From a virus (lineage: Duplodnaviria > Caudoviricetes): DNA of 64,000 bases. The notes beneath the pieces are model-generated. The model was not told where the DNA came from, made no database searches, and worked only from the letters and a program-made list of their open reading frames with translations. The stretch is taken from positions 1 to 64,000 of IMG/VR virus record IMGVR_UViG_3300029288_000119; one strand, given 5' to 3'. The translations under genes and the position numbers were made by a program. This document shows, piece by piece, positions 60,303-64,000 of the stretch. Position 1 is the first letter of the stretch, and every line of letters begins with the position of its first letter.

Positions 60303-60626
60303 TTATTGTGGTGGTTCACCGATAATAATTTCTACAATGCCAGCTTCTTTTGCGGCCTTAGTACAGTCATTGCAAGCATATGTATGTCCAACAACATATA
60401 ATTTTCCACCATTTGCTTTATTACCTGCGGACGCAATTGCATTTATTTCAGCATGTGCTGATTGTTTGCAAATTGACTTGCACAACTCATAGCCCTCACC
60501 AGTTTTCATACCAATGCGTGGGCAAATTTTTTGCGGATCGTGACAATAATTTGTAGAAACAAATTTACATCCATCCACTGCTATTATCGTTGCAATGACA
60601 GTTTGTTTTGCACATGGACCAATCAT
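60303..60626 (-). CDS. dCMP-deaminase-like protein
   Basis: CAKQTV.A, HAEINAI, YACNDC, AGI. Confidence 0.8.
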   Translation of the reverse strand: MIGPCAKQTVIATIIAVDGCKFVSTNYCHDPQKICPRIGMKTGEGYELCKSICKQSAHAEINAIASAGNKANGGKLYVVGHTYACNDCTKAAKEAGIVEIIIGEPPQ

Positions 60627-60955
60627 CTATTGTCTCCGCTTCCACTAAGAACACCACGCTCCTTACGTGAATTTAATTTCAGCACATTTTCTTCCATTGC
60701 CAATTGCAGTGATATACCAGTTTCTTCACAAATTCTACTAAGATAAAATAAACAATCACCTACTTCGCCGATAAGTTCTTCTCTCTTTTTATCAGTTATT
60801 TTACAATCATCATCCCTTATGGTTTTTTTGATTTTCCCACAAAGCTCCCCACATTCGGAAGCCAAACCAAGAGCCACATATTCTATTGCCCGATTTTTTG
60901 GATAAATACACACACTTTGCGTCCATTCCTGATATTCTTTTAAATTATAACCCAT
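60623..60955 (-). CDS. MazG-family NTP pyrophosphohydrolase
   Basis: LGLASECGE, KIKK.IRD, EVGDCLFY, N..KL.SR..RG...GSGDNR. Confidence 0.9.
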   Translation of the reverse strand: MGYNLKEYQEWTQSVCIYPKNRAIEYVALGLASECGELCGKIKKTIRDDDCKITDKKREELIGEVGDCLFYLSRICEETGISLQLAMEENVLKLNSRKERGVLSGSGDNR

Positions 60956-60978
60956 TTAACACTCCCCTATTCTCTGTT

Positions 60979-61317
60979 TCACATCAGCGGTAAAATGTAA
61001 TGCTCGAATACTTTATCTTCATTTCCTTCTTCAAAAAATTTTATATAAAACGATTTGCCTTCTGTTTGCCGATCATTTATTGTAATCCTTATTTTAGAAT
61101 CTCCATTAAATTTATCACAAATAAACATGGCTCGCCTAATTAACCATTCTGGTTTAATATTATAATATGCTTCTATGTCCTCTAAAAATTCTAAAGTAAA
61201 TGAAACTCGTCCTTTACAACAATCTGGAGATATTATTTGCAAAACATTCTTTTCTTTATCAAATTCAATCATATTACCAAATTGCTTCTGAATTTTTTTA
61301 ATTCGCTCTTTTGTCAT
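60979..61317 (-). CDS. Hypothetical protein
   Basis: Coupled ORF. Confidence 0.55.
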   Translation of the reverse strand: MTKERIKKIQKQFGNMIEFDKEKNVLQIISPDCCKGRVSFTLEFLEDIEAYYNIKPEWLIRRAMFICDKFNGDSKIRITINDRQTEGKSFYIKFFEEGNEDKVFEHYILPLM

Positions 61318-61706
61318 TTAATTCTCCATTCTTCCTGTCGCCAAGGATTGACTCCTGCAATGATTGCCGCCCATTCTTCAAAAGTCGGATTTCTAAATAT
61401 ACCACTTGGTTCAGCCTCATATTCGTGTCCATCTACCATAGAATGATCATAATTAATGAATTTTCCTTCCCAAATAGACAAACCAAACGGAGCATCGTCT
61501 AATCCCAAGTCCGCTAAATTAAAACCGACGGATTCCGTTTCGTTTACAATGTGCCCACCAACATGCCATAAAATGCAGCCATTTCCTTGACCATTGCTAG
61601 CGATAACAGCAAGAGAATCTTTATCTAAATCCCAATCTCCTGGATGTAATTTTTTCTCTTCATCATCCAAATTTAACTTCGTTGGAATTTTTAATAGACC
61701 ACCCAT
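61314..61706 (-). CDS. Hypothetical protein
   Basis: GGAG SD; GLSIWEG...FRNPT.EEW. Confidence 0.6.
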   Translation of the reverse strand: MGGLLKIPTKLNLDDEEKKLHPGDWDLDKDSLAVIASNGQGNGCILWHVGGHIVNETESVGFNLADLGLDDAPFGLSIWEGKFINYDHSMVDGHEYEAEPSGIFRNPTFEEWAAIIAGVNPWRQEEWRIK

Positions 61707-61710
61707 TTCG

Positions 61711-61914
61711 TTATTTACTCCGTTTGTTAATCATTTGGTCAAATAATTTTTTGTCATCCTTCGGAATATGTTTTTCAATCCACTCTCTCAAAGCTTCATC
61801 AGCGATATCTTTAACCATTCTTTTATATTGAACCGCCGCCAATCGAACTACCGAATAGAGATTTTCGGACACCCTAATCATTTCATCTTCTTTTCTGGTT
61901 GGCTTGTCTATCAC
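61711..61914 (-). CDS. Ribbon-helix-helix DNA-binding protein
   Basis: MIRVSENLY..VRLAA......KDIADEALREWI; AAAGGAG SD before GTG. Confidence 0.6.
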   Translation of the reverse strand: MIDKPTRKEDEMIRVSENLYSVVRLAAVQYKRMVKDIADEALREWIEKHIPKDDKKLFDQMINKRSK

Positions 61915-61964
61915 AATACTACTCCTTTCCAATACCAAGAAACCATTTCAATAATAATTATTTT

Positions 61965-62918
61965 ATGGAACAAAAATTACCACCACAAGAAAATGAAACC
62001 ATAGAAGAAAAGAAATGTAAAGTAAGTGGGATATATTTGATTAGAAATTTGGTGAACAATAAAATTTATATTGGATCTGCTGTAAATATTAAAAATAGAT
62101 GGTATCGTCACAAAAATCAACTAACAACAAATAAACACAAAAATCCTTATCTCCAAAGTGCTTGGAACAAATATGGAATTGGGAATTTCTCTTTCGAAAT
62201 TGTCAGTAAACTTCATTTTATTGACAAAAACAAAGAACTGTCAAAACAACACATTCTTGCTAATGAACAAATCTATTTAGATCTTTATGAAAGTTATAAA
62301 AGGGAAAAGGGATACAATATTAACAGAATAGCCGGGAATAGTCTAGGACTTAAACATTCCGAAGAATCTAAAATAAAAATGAGGGAATTTCAGAACAGAC
62401 CGGAAGTAATCGCAGCCAAAAGAAACAGAATACCATGGAATAAGGACAAACATTTGTCAAAAGAATGTATAGAAAAAATGAGGAACAGAACTCCGTGGAA
62501 TAAAGGCAAGCACATGTCCGAAAAAACTAAAGAAAAATTAAGTGAAATAAATCGTGGCAGCAAAAATCCTAGATATGGTAAATATAATGGACATCCGATA
62601 TCAGAATCAACAAGAAACAAATTATCTATTCTTCTTAAAGGTAAGAAACCATGGAACAAAGAACTTCGTGGTATAATACATCAGTCGGCTAAAGCCAGAG
62701 AAACAAATAGGTTGGCACATTTAGGATCAAAAAACCACATGTATGGCAAGTCGCCTTCTACAGAAACAAGAAAAAAATTAAGCATAAAAAATAAGGGTCA
62801 AATACCATGGAATAAGGAACAAAAATTATCAGAAGAGCACAGAAAAAAGATTGGCGAAAAAACAAGAGAAAATCATCGCAAATTGGGGCATAAAACAAGA
62901 ATTCCAAAAGAAAAATAA
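61965..62918 (+). mobile_element. GIY-YIG homing endonuclease with NUMOD3-like repeats
   Basis: SGIYLI...KIYIGS, R...H, E, GYN; repeated PWNK and xxKLS units; ATAATTA-N4-ATG. Confidence 0.92.
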
Positions 62919-63029
62919 GTGAATCATTGAAAGCCAGTAATAATACCTCTGGTCGTTTTCAAAAGGGTTTTACTCCATGGAACAAAAAGCCAGAAGAAAA
63001 ACAAAAAAGAATGTCAAGAATCAAAAAGA

Positions 63030-64000
63030 TCAGGCGACAATCCTGAAAGTTCCAAACTTCATGTTTGAGTAACCCCATTGATCTTCATATGAAATATCCA
63101 AAATTATAACAGAACCCTCCTCAATTATTGAAGCATCAAAACTACTATCCATATTCCATGGCCACAATTTTATGGGATGAGAATTTGTTCCATCATTTAT
63201 TGTGACGATATGGTATTTTTTGCCAGACTTTGTAAGTTTATCTACAATTTTTTCAACATAACCACCAACACAACCGGATCGATCAATATCATTAAATTGC
63301 TTAATTCCATTACGTGCAAATACAGTTTTTATTACTTCAAATTCATCAGATAAAATTTGATGCAAATCGTAACCAAGATAAGTTTTATACAATTTACTTT
63401 TTTCTTTTTTATTTAATTCTCTATTCTGATTACTATCCAAAATTTGATAAATTTGTTCTTCTGGAACTTTTGACTTTTTGCCCCGTTTTTTATTCTCTAG
63501 CAATTCCTCAACGAAAGCACAACAACTTTTCCTTGTCCAGCCAAATTCATCAAAAGCTCCAATTCCAGCAAGAATATTAATACCTTTTTTGTTTAACTTA
63601 GACCAAGACATAGAAAAGAACGACCTGAAATCATTAATATTTTTTTTATGAATTTCTAATTCTTCATAGGCTTTAGGTCCGAATCCTTTAGCTAAAACTA
63701 AACCCAATCTTATGTTTCCATCCTCCGGTTCACATTTGTATCGTGATTTTGTTACACTAAATGGAAGAATTTTAATGTTATGTTTTTTCGCGCTCATCAT
63801 ATATCTGCGCAACTTGTCATCGTCTTCGGTCCTGCTTATTAGACACGTGTAAAATTCTACCGGATAATAATACTTCAACCAAAGACACATTACTGTTATA
63901 TAACCGTATGATAAACCATGTGCTCTATTGAATGAATAACCTGTAAAGTTAAGCAAATAAAGTAGCGTTTCCTGTTTTTCTTGTTCCGCTAATTCTGGAT
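63030..64000 (-). CDS. dnaE: DNA polymerase III alpha subunit, C-terminal part (5' end outside window)
   Basis: YSFNRAH..SY, WLKYYYPVEFY, IRLGL..AKG.G, GAFD, terminal OB fold; frame open to the window edge. Confidence 0.92.
   Translation of the reverse strand, partial: PELAEQEKQETLLYLLNFTGYSFNRAHGLSYGYITVMCLWLKYYYPVEFYTCLISRTEDDDKLRRYMMSAKKHNIKILPFSVTKSRYKCEPEDGNIRLGLVLAKGFGPKAYEELEIHKKNINDFRSFFSMSWSKLNKKGINILAGIGAFDEFGWTRKSCCAFVEELLENKKRGKKSKVPEEQIYQILDSNQNRELNKKEKSKLYKTYLGYDLHQILSDEFEVIKTVFARNGIKQFNDIDRSGCVGGYVEKIVDKLTKSGKKYHIVTINDGTNSHPIKLWPWNMDSSFDASIIEEGSVIILDISYEDQWGYSNMKFGTFRIVA

Noticed and set aside
966-63580. The many short plus-strand ORFs in the track (for example 3294..3707, 12048..12443, 17746..18090, 50142..50540)
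   Set aside because: They are antisense shadows of well-supported minus-strand genes, Phe/Ser/Ile-rich, with no SD or motifs.
1-64000. Stop-codon reassignment (code 15 or 4)
   Set aside because: Long conserved genes are intact in code 11. TGA is used in many ATGA overlaps and TAG ends complete genes such as 5135..6400.
1-64000. CRISPR array or diversity-generating retroelement
   Set aside because: I saw no regularly spaced direct repeats and no reverse transcriptase. The Cas4-like nuclease 38295..39098 stands alone, as is common in phages.

Overview
This is a 64-kb segment of a large, AT-rich (about 30% GC by eye) T4-like jumbo myovirus in genetic code 11. Almost all genes lie on the minus strand. 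From left to right it carries: (1) a long run of small accessory genes with NAD-dependent DNA ligase, RNA-repair enzymes (Rnl2-type ligase, PNKP, cyclic-phosphate receiver), NADAR, SLOG, NUDIX and MazG proteins, a DnaJ-like protein, GroES and one tRNA(CAU) that looks like Ile2; (2) three glycosyltransferase genes; (3) a cluster of probable capsid-packaged proteins with conserved N-terminal leaders ending in Glu, including a zincin-zincin-ADP-ribosyltransferase polyprotein; (4) a GC-rich tail spike, baseplate genes and a gp55-like late sigma factor; (5) a replication and nucleotide operon running from dnaE (cut by the window edge) through MazG, a deaminase and a SAM methyltransferase to a PurZ-type adenylosuccinate-synthetase homolog. 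Four free-standing homing endonucleases are interspersed. The most notable signal is PurZ, the key enzyme for 2-aminoadenine (Z-base) DNA, in a jumbo phage that encodes a family C polymerase. Also notable are a precisely spaced leaderless promoter system (TATAAT-N6-start and ATAATTA-N4-start) and the protease-processed cargo proteins. Family assignments come from motif recognition by eye; no searches were run.
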